A DNA stretch of 64,000 nt, from positions 3,949 to 67,948 of the forward strand of contig CAZKFF010000007.1 of the NCBI GenBank assembly GCA_964552045.1, read 5' to 3'. The position numbers and the translations under genes were made by a program. The stretch is from an uncultured Candidatus Saccharibacteria bacterium. GTDB taxonomy: Bacteria; Patescibacteriota; Minisyncoccia; Phycocordibacterales; UBA918. Positions 45,453 to 55,472 of this stretch are shown piece by piece (position 1 is the first letter of the stretch; each line of letters begins with the position of its first letter). The notes beneath the pieces were generated by a model. It saw only the letters and a program-made list of their open reading frames with translations. It was not told the origin of the DNA and searched no databases.

Positions 45453-46271
45453 CTATAACACCGATTTGTTTTCATTGAGTGCATCAAGCGCGTCCATGTC
45501 CTCAAGCGCAAGCTCAAAGTCGAAGACGTCGATATTTTCCTGAATGCGCTCCTTGTGAACCGACTTCGGAATCGGCACGCAGCCGTGCTGCAGGCTCCAG
45601 CGTATGAGTACTTGGGCGTTGGTCTTGTCGTATTTCACCGATACCTCGTCTATGCGCTGGTCATTGAGCTTCCACCCGCGGGCAAGCGGACTGTATGCCT
45701 CGAGCACAATGCTGTGTTCCCTGCAGTAGTTTAAGAGACGCGCATTGTACTTGAACGGATGGAACTCCACCTGATTGACCGCCGGCATGAGGTTCGCGTA
45801 GTTCTTCATCTCTTCGAGGTTCTCTATGGAGTAGTTGGAAACACCGATGGCCTTCGCCTTCCCTGAGGCATGTATTTCCTCCATGGCCTTCCATGACGCC
45901 TGACGGATGTCTTTGTCTTCGCTTGGCCAATGCACGAGATAGAGGTCAACATACTCCTGCTGCAGTCTAGAGAGCGACTGGTCGATCGCTTCGTGTGCGC
46001 TCTCATACCCTTGATCGGCGTTCCACAGCTTGGTGGTGAGGAAGATATCCTGCCGGGGTACAGCCGCCTCAGCAAGCGCGCTGCCCACGCCAGCTTCATT
46101 GCCGTAGATCTTCGCAGTATCAATAAGCCGGTACCCGGCCTGCAGCGCCCAGGCGATAGCCTGCTTCACCTCTTCGCCATCCGCAGCCTGCCATACCCCC
46201 AGGCCGATAACAGGCATACAAAGACCGTTTTCGAGCTTCACTTTCGAATCGCTCTGTAGTGATGTGTCCAT
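45453..46271 (-). CDS. Aldo/keto reductase
   Basis: GYRLIDTAKIYGNE, TTKLWN, DLYLVHWP, IGVSNY, NQVEFHP, IPKS. Confidence 0.95.
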   Translation of the reverse strand: MDTSLQSDSKVKLENGLCMPVIGLGVWQAADGEEVKQAIAWALQAGYRLIDTAKIYGNEAGVGSALAEAAVPRQDIFLTTKLWNADQGYESAHEAIDQSLSRLQQEYVDLYLVHWPSEDKDIRQASWKAMEEIHASGKAKAIGVSNYSIENLEEMKNYANLMPAVNQVEFHPFKYNARLLNYCREHSIVLEAYSPLARGWKLNDQRIDEVSVKYDKTNAQVLIRWSLQHGCVPIPKSVHKERIQENIDVFDFELALEDMDALDALNENKSVL

Positions 46272-46360
46272 ACAGAGCATCATACACAACAGCAATGAAG
46301 ATTCCATGGATTTTACATTGAGCGCATTGCCGGTACCTGAACTGTGATACACTCAAATCA

Positions 46361-47806
46361 ATGGTGCGTCGTGTCCCCATCCTCATACCTGTACTGGTAC
46401 TTTCTTTCATACTTGCGGTTATTCTCGGAGCTTCCGTGGTCTTTCACACAGACGCTTTTTTAGGGAACGTGATCGTCTATGACGGTTCGTCTTTCACTCC
46501 GGAAACGCTCACGGTTTCGCTCGGCGAAACCGTGATATTCAAAAACAAAAGTGGGCAGCCCTTCTGGCCCGCGTCGAATCTGCATCCGTCGCATCTGCAG
46601 TGGTCAGAGTTCGACCCGAAAGAACCCATAGCCGCAGGGGAAAGCTGGAGCTTCACCTTCACGAAAGCAGGCAACTGGGGATACCATGACCACATCGCTC
46701 CTACCCTAGGCGGCGTGGTGCGCGTGCGTGACGAGAACGGGGACACAGTAGACCCAAACGACTGTACGATCGCATCGAATAAGCTCCGCTGCTGGGAAAA
46801 GGACATAACCGCGCTTTTGGACAAGGGAGACGTCGAAGGCGCCTTCGACTACATGGCGCAACAGGAGGAAGAACCGTACTTTCTGCAGAACTGCCATGCG
46901 CTCGTACACCTCATCGGCGAATCCGCGTACACTCTTTTCTCCAGCGGCGAACAATTCGAGATCAGCCAGAAGACCACATACTGCGGATATGGGTTCTACC
47001 ATGGGTTCATGGAGACTCTTCTGACCACAACCGGAGACCTGCAGGAGGCGCTCGATTTCTGCGCGTATGTCAATGACGCGCTCGGCCAGGCGAAAGAGGA
47101 TGCGCGCGACGCCTGCTACCACGGCATCGGACACGGAGCAGTTGACGGCGGCGACCCGCGCACGTGGGGAGATGCCTACGCGGTCATCCAGCCGGCCTTG
47201 CAGCTGTGCGACAGGATCACCGTCAATACGCTTGAGGAAGTGCAGTGCGGAAGCGGCGTGTTCGACGGTCTTGTGACCGCGTACAGTGAACAGAGCTTCG
47301 GCTTCAGCGAGATCCCCGAAGACTTCTACACGCTCTGCGCTGAAGTGGAGAACCCCCACTACAAGGAAGGCTGCTACCGGCAGATGAATCCGCTTGCCGC
47401 CTATTTCGGAGAAGGCGACATACAGAAAACGTTTGATCTTGTCAAAAATATTTCCGAGCCGGCATACCGCGGAGCGGCAATGAGCACGGTCATAGCGACG
47501 TTTGCACGAAACCGTATGGACAAAGCCGATTACGACACGATCATAAACGCATGTCATACGCTTGAGAAGGATCTGCGTAAAAGCTGCATCACCGGCTTCG
47601 TCACACGACTCATGGGGTATGGCACGCCTGAAACCGGCTATCTGCTCGGTATTGATTTCTGCAGATCAGACCTGCTTCAGGGCGAGGAACGGACCATGTG
47701 TTTTGCGACGGTCCCTTCAGCTTCCTATACTCGTAAGGCCGCCTGCGAAGCCATAACACCGTACACCGACATCTCTGTGATCGTCGGGTGCCATCAATTC
47801 CAATGA
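46361..47806 (+). CDS. Cupredoxin-like plus Cys/His-repeat protein (paralog 8, outside the main cluster)
   Basis: WPASNLHPSH...YHDH; NCHALVHLIG, CGYGFYHG, CYHGIGHG, CGSGVFD. Confidence 0.85.
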   Translation: MVRRVPILIPVLVLSFILAVILGASVVFHTDAFLGNVIVYDGSSFTPETLTVSLGETVIFKNKSGQPFWPASNLHPSHLQWSEFDPKEPIAAGESWSFTFTKAGNWGYHDHIAPTLGGVVRVRDENGDTVDPNDCTIASNKLRCWEKDITALLDKGDVEGAFDYMAQQEEEPYFLQNCHALVHLIGESAYTLFSSGEQFEISQKTTYCGYGFYHGFMETLLTTTGDLQEALDFCAYVNDALGQAKEDARDACYHGIGHGAVDGGDPRTWGDAYAVIQPALQLCDRITVNTLEEVQCGSGVFDGLVTAYSEQSFGFSEIPEDFYTLCAEVENPHYKEGCYRQMNPLAAYFGEGDIQKTFDLVKNISEPAYRGAAMSTVIATFARNRMDKADYDTIINACHTLEKDLRKSCITGFVTRLMGYGTPETGYLLGIDFCRSDLLQGEERTMCFATVPSASYTRKAACEAITPYTDISVIVGCHQFQ

Positions 47807-48014
47807 TCGCCAGACAAAAAGCACCCGAAGGTGCTTTTCGCCGCAGCTGACACTCCATCTTACTGGAGCGGGCTACTTAAGTATTTTACAACAAGCGGAT
47901 GAGCGCTTGTCTATTGGTGTCTCAGGAAAGAACTAATAAATAACAATTTCACATACAGTAAGCCACAGACACATGAAGATGGCATGAAACTGATGAACCT
48001 CCGTTTAACGGGGC

Positions 48015-48752
48015 TCATTCCACCTCCAAAAGGAGCGGAGCGTGGTCAGAAACCACATCGGGGAGCACTGCAAATTCCTTTACGCGCAGGCCCTTTGAGA
48101 CGAACATGTAGTCCGCAAATTTCTCCGGCTTGTCATAGAAGGAGGTGCGGGTTGAAGTGATGCCGTACTCTGCAACCAGGTTGCGCAGTCCGGTGTCTTC
48201 GATGATCTTCATGCTCTGCGTATCCGGCAGCAGGTTGAAGTCGCCGCAGAAGATGACCTCTCCTTCGACCTCCGCAATAAACGCGGCGATCTTCCTGGAC
48301 TGCTCTATCCGCTCGGAGCAGTCCGTCTTTCCTTTGCCGTTCCACAGTCCGTGGAAGTTGATGATGGTAAGCGGAACTCCGTTGAACGTCATATGTCCGT
48401 ATTGGAGGTTCTTCGCAGTATGCCCCAGAACTTCGCGCTCCATGTCGTGCCCTTTATACAGATGCACGTACGACTCTCCGACCTCATGGAATGCGATGCT
48501 CTTTTCTGCAAGGAGCGCCAGACCCCACCAGTCGCCCAGATGCGGATGGTAGAAAACGGCATGGTCAGGAAGCACATTCCTGATGTCGTCGAGCGTATCG
48601 AGATTCGCCATCTTCCAGATGGTGTCTTTTCCGTGGGCGTTATGGTACACCTCCTGCAGACAGAATACATCAATATCGTTCCTGCGCCTGAAGAATTCCA
48701 TGAGTTCGTTCCGCATGCGGCCTCCCCACAGATTGAGACTTACGAGCTTCAT
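48015..48752 (-). CDS. Endonuclease/exonuclease/phosphatase family protein
   Basis: SLNLWG, CLQEV, NFHG, GDFN, DYMF, SDHAPL. Confidence 0.92.
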   Translation of the reverse strand: MKLVSLNLWGGRMRNELMEFFRRRNDIDVFCLQEVYHNAHGKDTIWKMANLDTLDDIRNVLPDHAVFYHPHLGDWWGLALLAEKSIAFHEVGESYVHLYKGHDMEREVLGHTAKNLQYGHMTFNGVPLTIINFHGLWNGKGKTDCSERIEQSRKIAAFIAEVEGEVIFCGDFNLLPDTQSMKIIEDTGLRNLVAEYGITSTRTSFYDKPEKFADYMFVSKGLRVKEFAVLPDVVSDHAPLLLEVE

Positions 48753-48840
48753 AGCGTGTCTATTATTGTACGCTCAGCAGAAAACGCAAGGGCAAACACC
48801 GCCCACAAAACCTCCATTCTCTGGTATTATGGAAGTTACT

Positions 48841-49563
48841 ATGGCAGCGTTTCCCCCCGAGGTTGTATGCATCACTTCAACTGCGCAGGACGGCAATATG
48901 GATTTCCGTTTCGGCGAAAAAGAAACGGTGATCGCCAACCGCACTCACTTTTTGGAAAAGCATGGCATTCTCTACGAGGACCATATCGCCATGCGCTGCG
49001 ACCACGGGGACATCATTTCGCTTGTCACCTCCTTCAGCCCTGAAGCAGGCGCGACAAGCCAGGAGGACCAGATACACAGTGAGGTACTGGTAACACAGGA
49101 GAGGAATCTTGCATTGCTGCTTCTTACTGCAGACTGCCAGCCGACGAGCTTTTTTGATCCCGTGTCGCAAACCATCGCGCTTGCCCACATAAGCCGCAAG
49201 ACGCTCTGCAACAGGCTGTCCGAAAAGACTGTGCGCTTCCTGCAGGACACGTTCGGCACCAATCCCACTGACCTGCTGGTGACCATCGGCCCTTCTATAC
49301 AAAAAGATTCCTACTCATTTCCGCTTCCCCTTGCACAGATCCATCCGCTTCTTGAGGGATATATACAAGAAAAAGACGGATACGCGCACATAGACCTCAT
49401 CGGTGCCCACACGCAACAGCTGCGTGAGCTCGGCATTTCTGATGCACAGATCACTGTTTCGCGCGAAGACACTGCATCGGCAGACTACTTCTCCTACCAC
49501 CGGGCAAAAAAAGAGGGTACGGAAGACGACGCGCGCATGGCGACGATACTAATGCTGCGCTAA
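48841..49563 (+). CDS. YfiH/PgeF-family protein (laccase-domain purine nucleoside phosphorylase)
   Basis: HGD, LLTADCQP, ALAH, IGPSI, FSYHR; start trimmed to MAAFPP. Confidence 0.85.
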   Translation: MAAFPPEVVCITSTAQDGNMDFRFGEKETVIANRTHFLEKHGILYEDHIAMRCDHGDIISLVTSFSPEAGATSQEDQIHSEVLVTQERNLALLLLTADCQPTSFFDPVSQTIALAHISRKTLCNRLSEKTVRFLQDTFGTNPTDLLVTIGPSIQKDSYSFPLPLAQIHPLLEGYIQEKDGYAHIDLIGAHTQQLRELGISDAQITVSREDTASADYFSYHRAKKEGTEDDARMATILMLR

Positions 49564-49566
49564 GGT

Positions 49567-49608
49567 ATAAAACAAAACGCCCGGCAATTGCCGGGCGTTT
49601 TGTTTTAT
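49567..49608. terminator. Bidirectional terminator (perfect palindrome)
   Basis: taaaacaaaacgcccggcaattgccgggcgttttgtttta. Confidence 0.8.
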
Positions 49609-50306
49609 ACGTTGAGCGTCCACTGCTCGAGCGCAAGATCGATATCCGATTCTCCCAGATGACCTTTATGGTATACCGCAAGCAGACTCCGCGAGAGACG
49701 TTCGATGTCGCCCTCCTTGAAGGACGACAATGCGCGCTTCGCCTTGTTGTATGGAAAATCCTTCATACCTGCTTCCGCAGCAGTATGCGTGCGCGCAGCC
49801 AGACGAAGCGTCTTCAACTGCCACCACAAGGTGCCGATGATCTCCTCGGAGGAAAGCCCGGCCTGTTTAGCCTCCCACAAACCGAGCCACAGCGTCTTCT
49901 TGTCCTTCCGCGCGAGGCTGTCTGCAAGCGCAAACACATTGAAACTGCGTGCCTTGTCCACCGATAGTTCCGTCATGGACACAGCGTGCTTCCCGTATGT
50001 TTTTTTGGGTGCGGTAAGGAGCGGCCCTTCGATGATGACAAACAGATTCGGCGATTCACCCAGTGCGGGAAGAAGGTCCTGCACCTCCTGCATGAATGCT
50101 GCAGATGCGGACGGCGTATCGAGCAGATACGCGGTCTCATCGCCGAAAAGCGATACCGCTCCGGCTGCATCCTGCAGCACGCCTTCCTGGAAGGAATCGG
50201 CGTCAATACGCTGTATCCTTATTCCCTTCTCCTCGAAGGGAGCGAAGAACGCATACGCTTGTGTGCGAACCAGAACCGTATCATTGCCATAGAAAAGGTG
50301 GATCAT
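49605..50306 (-). CDS. holA: DNA polymerase III subunit delta (short HolA-like)
   Basis: MIHLFYGND, SLFG, FNVFALAD, IIGTLWWQ, DLALE; adjacent to polA. Confidence 0.75.
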   Translation of the reverse strand: MIHLFYGNDTVLVRTQAYAFFAPFEEKGIRIQRIDADSFQEGVLQDAAGAVSLFGDETAYLLDTPSASAAFMQEVQDLLPALGESPNLFVIIEGPLLTAPKKTYGKHAVSMTELSVDKARSFNVFALADSLARKDKKTLWLGLWEAKQAGLSSEEIIGTLWWQLKTLRLAARTHTAAEAGMKDFPYNKAKRALSSFKEGDIERLSRSLLAVYHKGHLGESDIDLALEQWTLNV

Positions 50307-50358
50307 GCTTTGATTGTAGCGTATTACGCCGGTTGTGAGAAAAGAGGAGGAAAAAGCC

Positions 50359-52770
50359 TTACCGCTGCAGCGGGCTGAGATTCCCCCAGCTGTCGCCCAC
50401 TCCGACGCTCGCTTCGATCGGTACGTCGTTTGCGGACATATCCTTCAGCACGCCCTCCATGATCTTCCGTATCTGTGCAATGTGCTTGTCACGATTTTTT
50501 TCTGCGATCTCGAACACGAGCTCGTCGTGCACCTGCAGGAGCATATGCACCTCGTCCTCGAGCTTCTCCTTTTTGATGTATGCGTACACTTCGTTCATCG
50601 CAATACGCATGATGTCTGCTGCGGTTCCCTGTACGGGCGCATTGATAGCCATGCGCTCAGCCTGTGCGCGGATGAACGGAGCCGATGAGCGGATGCCCGG
50701 GAAATGACGCTTTCTTCCGAAGAGCGTCTGTGTGTAGCCGCGATTGCGCGCAAAGGTCTTGATCTCTTCGAGATATTCCGCAAGCCGCGTGAACGTATTG
50801 AAGTAGGCGTTGAGGAATTCCTGTGCCTCTTCGCGCGACGTGCCCTCCCCGAGGTTCGCGCGCAGCGCGGTGACTCCCATGCCGTAGAGAATGCCAAAAT
50901 TGATGACCTTCGCTTTCCTTCGCATGTCCTTGGTCACCGCATCTTCGGGAACGCCGAACACACGCGAGGCAACGCCGCTATGGACGTCCTCCCCGTTTCT
51001 GAAGATCTCGATAAGCTTCGCATCGCCCGAGAGGACAGCAGCTATGCGCAGCTCTATCTGTGAGTAGTCGATGGAGACGATGTCATATCCATCTTCCGCA
51101 ATAAACGCGTTGCGTATGGCGCGGCCTTCTTCGGTGCGGATCGGAATGTTCTGCAGCCCCGGGTCTTTGGAGGCCATGCGTCCGGTCACCGCACCCGTTT
51201 GAAGGAATGTCGTACGGATACGGCCGTCCTTACCCACCATCGTGGGCAGGTTATCTATATATGTGGAGAGGAGTTTTTGCAGTTCGCGGTAACGCAGTAT
51301 CGCGTCTATGATCTCATGATCATCCCTCATCTTCTCGAGCTCCGACTCACGCGTTGAGCGCTGCCCGCCTGCGGTCTTCTTTTGCTGCTTGGGCTTTAAT
51401 CCGAGCGTATCGTACAGAATATCTCCCATCTGCTTGGGCGAGTTGATGTTGAACTCCGTGCCTGCAAGCGCATAGATCTGTGTCTGCAGCGCATCAAGCT
51501 CCGTGTGCATTTTCTTCGAAAGCTTCTGCAGGTAGCGCGTGTCGAGCCGGATGCCGAGCGCATTCATATAGGAAAGGACGTCCATGAGCGGAACCTCTAT
51601 CTCCTGATAAAGCTGCATGAGATCCTGTGCCTGCAGTTCCTGTCTGAACCGCTCGACGATGGCAGCAAAATCAGTGGTGTCGTAATATGACCGGCCATAG
51701 TCGATGATGTCGTCATACGATGCGTTGGTGCGGTCGGATTCCAAAAGCCACAGCATGACGCTCGCCTCGTGCACCTGTCTGTTGTCGATCCCGCTTTCCT
51801 TCTGGTCGACGGCAACTTCATCAGCAACCTCGAACAGATACTTGATACGGGACGTGAGCGTCCGGAAACCGAGCGCAGTGAACAGAGAAAGCAGTTTCTC
51901 GACATCAACCGCTTCCTTCCAGTGCACTGTCGGCGCTGTATACGTGATGGGTGCATCAGTGCGTATGACTGCGATCATCTTCGAGAACTCAGCCTCTTCC
52001 TTATTTTCCTTCAGCAGATTGATGATGCGCGGCTTGATACCGATATCGAGGAGCTTCTGTTCGCCTTTCGCTCCTTTTCCCAGAGTCGCATAGAGCTTTT
52101 CAATGGTGCCGAACTCTCTGATGAGCTCGGTTGCTGTCTTCTCCCCGATGCCCGCGATACCGGGGATATTGTCGGAGGGGTCTCCCCGCAGCCCTTTATA
52201 GTCCGGAACGGATTTGGGCCCAAATCCATAGCGTTCCACAACCGCCTTCTCGTCATAGAGAACCGTATCCTTGATGCCTTTGCGGAGCGTATATACCTGT
52301 ACGCGCTTCTTGTCGATGCACTGCATAGTGTCCATATCGCCTGAGGCGATTATGACCGTGAGGTCTTTCTGCCCCTTTGTCTGATGTGCGATAGTGCCGA
52401 GCATGTCGTCTGCTTCGAACCCGACGTGCTCATATATAGGTATGCCCATAGCTTCAAAAATATCCCGCGAGCGCTCTATCTGCACTACCAGGCCGTCGTC
52501 TGTTTTTTTGCGGCCGCTCTTGTATTCCTTGAAGACCTCATGCCGGTACGTCGGCTCAGGCAGGTCATAGCAGGCTGTGATGTAGTCGGGCTTCAGTTCC
52601 TCGATGATCTTCAGCAGCATGGCGACCACACCGTAAAGTGCACCGGTAGGCTCGCCTGAAGGCGAGGAGAAATCCGGGAGCGCATGGAATGCCCGATGAA
52701 GGATCGCGTGCGCATCAAGAAGCACCAGTGTCTTTCCGTTGTCTTTTTCTGTTGCAGTCTTTTTAGGCAT
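50359..52770 (-). CDS. polA: DNA polymerase I
   Basis: LLDAHAILHRAFHA, FEADD, GDPSDNIPG, DYSQIELR, AKVINFGILYG, LQVHDEL; start trimmed to MPKKT. Confidence 0.97.
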   Translation of the reverse strand: MPKKTATEKDNGKTLVLLDAHAILHRAFHALPDFSSPSGEPTGALYGVVAMLLKIIEELKPDYITACYDLPEPTYRHEVFKEYKSGRKKTDDGLVVQIERSRDIFEAMGIPIYEHVGFEADDMLGTIAHQTKGQKDLTVIIASGDMDTMQCIDKKRVQVYTLRKGIKDTVLYDEKAVVERYGFGPKSVPDYKGLRGDPSDNIPGIAGIGEKTATELIREFGTIEKLYATLGKGAKGEQKLLDIGIKPRIINLLKENKEEAEFSKMIAVIRTDAPITYTAPTVHWKEAVDVEKLLSLFTALGFRTLTSRIKYLFEVADEVAVDQKESGIDNRQVHEASVMLWLLESDRTNASYDDIIDYGRSYYDTTDFAAIVERFRQELQAQDLMQLYQEIEVPLMDVLSYMNALGIRLDTRYLQKLSKKMHTELDALQTQIYALAGTEFNINSPKQMGDILYDTLGLKPKQQKKTAGGQRSTRESELEKMRDDHEIIDAILRYRELQKLLSTYIDNLPTMVGKDGRIRTTFLQTGAVTGRMASKDPGLQNIPIRTEEGRAIRNAFIAEDGYDIVSIDYSQIELRIAAVLSGDAKLIEIFRNGEDVHSGVASRVFGVPEDAVTKDMRRKAKVINFGILYGMGVTALRANLGEGTSREEAQEFLNAYFNTFTRLAEYLEEIKTFARNRGYTQTLFGRKRHFPGIRSSAPFIRAQAERMAINAPVQGTAADIMRIAMNEVYAYIKKEKLEDEVHMLLQVHDELVFEIAEKNRDKHIAQIRKIMEGVLKDMSANDVPIEASVGVGDSWGNLSPLQR

Positions 52771-52772
52771 GG

Positions 52773-53216
52773 TTACGAAATGGTTATGCTGCGGACATCC
52801 GCATCCTTGATCTCCAGGCGCAGAAAGACCGTGTGTGCGGGCAGAAGCGCCTGTATATGCTCCGCCCACTCAATGCAGATAAGCGTCCCCGCGTCGGACA
52901 GCAGTTCTTGAAAGCGTAGCGGCCGCATCTCATCAATATCCTCAATGCGGTACGCATCAATATGCACCAGCTTCTCATAGGGCCCTTGTGTGCATGCGTA
53001 TGACTTCAGGATGACGAACGTCGGACTCGTTACGTCCTCCTGTACGCCGAGTGCGAAGGCAAGCGCTTTCGTGAAAGCAGTCTTCCCCGCTCCGAGGTTC
53101 CCGGAAAGCCCAAGAACAGCCGCAGCACTGTGCGGAGTTTGCTCCGCAAGCCTGCGGAGAGCTGTGTGTGCGGCGATACTGAGTTCTGATTCCTTTCTGA
53201 TTTCCAGCTGTTCCAT
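52773..53216 (-). CDS. tsaE: t6A biosynthesis ATPase TsaE
   Basis: LSGNLGAGKT, VTSPTF, HIDAYR, IEWAE. Confidence 0.95.
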   Translation of the reverse strand: MEQLEIRKESELSIAAHTALRRLAEQTPHSAAAVLGLSGNLGAGKTAFTKALAFALGVQEDVTSPTFVILKSYACTQGPYEKLVHIDAYRIEDIDEMRPLRFQELLSDAGTLICIEWAEHIQALLPAHTVFLRLEIKDADVRSITIS

Positions 53217-53254
53217 AGGATGCATTCTACCACTGATGCTACAATTACCCATAT

Positions 53255-54991
53255 ATGCCCCAGTTCGATGACACATTCGCCGAAGGACGCATGGACGAGA
53301 TCCGCCGCAAGGAAGAGGAGCACCTCATCAGCGCGCTCGCGTCCCAAAACGGCTACGGCTATATCGACCTGCGCGGGGTCACCATCAACCCCTCAGCGCT
53401 TCTAATCATTCCCGAAGAAGAAGCGCGGGAAGGCGGCATTGTCGCGTTCGAGACGGTCCGCAAGCGCATCTCCGTTGCGGTGCGAAACCCCAACAAAGCA
53501 GAGACGAAGGCCGCGATCGGCAATCTTCAGGAGCGCGGCTACACCGTTACCGTTTTTATGACCCCGACTGCAAGCCTTGAGCACGGCTGGGAACGCTACA
53601 GCGACCAGAAGAATACGTCAGCAGTAGTGCACGGCGTGATGGACATCAATGCGGAGAACATAACCGCACAGATACAGAAATTCAAGACGCCCGAATCGGT
53701 TGCGGAACACATCGAGCAGACGCGCACGCTCAATAATGTGCGCCGCGTCTCTGAAACGCTCGAGTCGATCTTCGCAGGCGCGATCGCACTTGGCGCATCG
53801 GACATCCATATCGAGCCGGAGCAAACGGGCGTGCGACTGCGCTACCGCCTCGACGGCGTTCTGCACGACGTCATGGATTTAGAGCGCGATCTGTATGCGC
53901 GGCTGATGTCCCGCCTGAAATTGCTCTCAGGGATGATTCTCAACCGCAAAGACGAGGCACAGGATGGGCGCTTCACCTTCACTACAAGCGACAAAGAGGT
54001 CGAGGTACGTTCGTCGATCATTCCCGGAGCTTCAGGAGAAGCCATGGTCATGCGTCTGCTCGACCCGACAGTGGCGAGCTTCAATCTCGAACAGCTCGGA
54101 CTCAACGAGATCCTGTACGGGATCATGATCGAAGAGATCAAGCGCCCCAACGGGCTTATCGTCACCACCGGTCCCACCGGTTCCGGAAAGACTACTGCGC
54201 TGTACGCCTTCCTGCGCAAAGCGCATACGCCGGAGGTGAAGATCATCACGATCGAAAACCCGGTTGAATACAAAATAGACGACATCGTGCAGACGCAGGT
54301 GAGCGATGATTACACCTTTGAATCCGGACTACGGGCGATACTGCGTCAGGATCCTGACATCATCATGGTCGGCGAGATCCGCGACCGTGAGGTCGCCGAA
54401 ACCGCGATCCATGCGGCGCAGACCGGGCATCTCGTCTTCACCACGCTTCACACCAACAGCGCGGTGGGCGCTTTCCCTCGCATGATCGATCTCGGCGTCG
54501 ATTACCGGATGATTGGCAGCTCGGTCAATATCGTGCTCGGCCAGCGCCTCGTGCGCGTTCTGTGCGAACACTGCAAGAAACAGCGCGAAGCAACCGTGCA
54601 GGAAGCGGAACAGATACGGAAGATACTCGCCACCCATCCGAAACCGCCCACTGTGCCCGATCCCATACAGCTGTTTGATGCGGTCGGCTGCGACAAATGC
54701 AACCACACAGGATTCAAAGGCAGGCAGGGAGTCTATGAGGCTATCCGCGTCGATGAAGCGGTCGAGGAAGCGGTCATCAACGATCCCCGCGAACATATCA
54801 TCCTGCAGGCGGCAATGAAGCAAGGTATACCAACCATGGCAGAGGACGGCGTTGAGAAAGTACTCCAAGGAAAGACATCATTCGCAGAACTGCAGCGCGT
54901 TGTCGACCTCGCCTCAGGACGGCATACGATCGGCACAGAAGCGGCAACAGACCCGCACACTGACGATGACTTCCTTTCGCACGTTGTGTGA
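53255..54991 (+). CDS. pilB: Type IV pilus/T2SS assembly ATPase (PilB/GspE)
   Basis: ASDIHIEP, RYRLDGVL, TGPTGSGKTT, LRQDPDIIMVGEIRD, CxxC...CxxC. Confidence 0.92.
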   Translation: MPQFDDTFAEGRMDEIRRKEEEHLISALASQNGYGYIDLRGVTINPSALLIIPEEEAREGGIVAFETVRKRISVAVRNPNKAETKAAIGNLQERGYTVTVFMTPTASLEHGWERYSDQKNTSAVVHGVMDINAENITAQIQKFKTPESVAEHIEQTRTLNNVRRVSETLESIFAGAIALGASDIHIEPEQTGVRLRYRLDGVLHDVMDLERDLYARLMSRLKLLSGMILNRKDEAQDGRFTFTTSDKEVEVRSSIIPGASGEAMVMRLLDPTVASFNLEQLGLNEILYGIMIEEIKRPNGLIVTTGPTGSGKTTALYAFLRKAHTPEVKIITIENPVEYKIDDIVQTQVSDDYTFESGLRAILRQDPDIIMVGEIRDREVAETAIHAAQTGHLVFTTLHTNSAVGAFPRMIDLGVDYRMIGSSVNIVLGQRLVRVLCEHCKKQREATVQEAEQIRKILATHPKPPTVPDPIQLFDAVGCDKCNHTGFKGRQGVYEAIRVDEAVEEAVINDPREHIILQAAMKQGIPTMAEDGVEKVLQGKTSFAELQRVVDLASGRHTIGTEAATDPHTDDDFLSHVV

Positions 54992-55008
54992 AAACTCCAT
55001 TTTCCAAA

Positions 55009-55046
55009 ATACGAAAACGTCCCTCGGTCAAGGGACGTTTTCGTAT
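55009..55046 (+). terminator. Terminator after pilB
   Basis: atacgaaaacgtccct-cggtca-agggacgttttcgtat. Confidence 0.75.
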
Positions 55047-55065
55047 GCGTTATGCTATAGTCGCA

Positions 55066-55280
55066 TCAGTTTGAAGAGAGCACTTCGACGTTCCAGTATA
55101 TAACCCTCTAAGCAAGAACTTCAGGGATGAAGAGGTTACAGAACTAAGGGGTACCGCAGTGCTCTCACTCGAAGGTGAGTACCACCGTATCCTCGCAAAG
55201 CAACCTTTTGTTGTTTAGAGGGTTATAGCTTGGAACACCAAAAACAAAACGCCGCGCATGAGGCGCATTTGGTTTTTGTA
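55066..55280 (+). ncRNA. Structured non-coding RNA candidate (6S-like rod)
   Basis: Extended -10 TGCTATAGT at 55053-55061; nested stems 55090-55236; terminator-like hairpin after; no ORF. Confidence 0.5.
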
Positions 55281-55472
55281 TTCTCTGTGTGAGGATCAGC
55301 GCATCTCTGCGCGGGAACTGTATGTGCACAATACTAGCACAATATGAAGCATTGTCAAGTGAGCAAGCGAGCGTATGCGACTATTGCGAACTTCTGCCCC
55401 GATTTGCCCTATCCCGGGGTAAATCGCTGGGCCAAGCGTACTCTTGAATTTTCGTATACAATAGAACTACCT

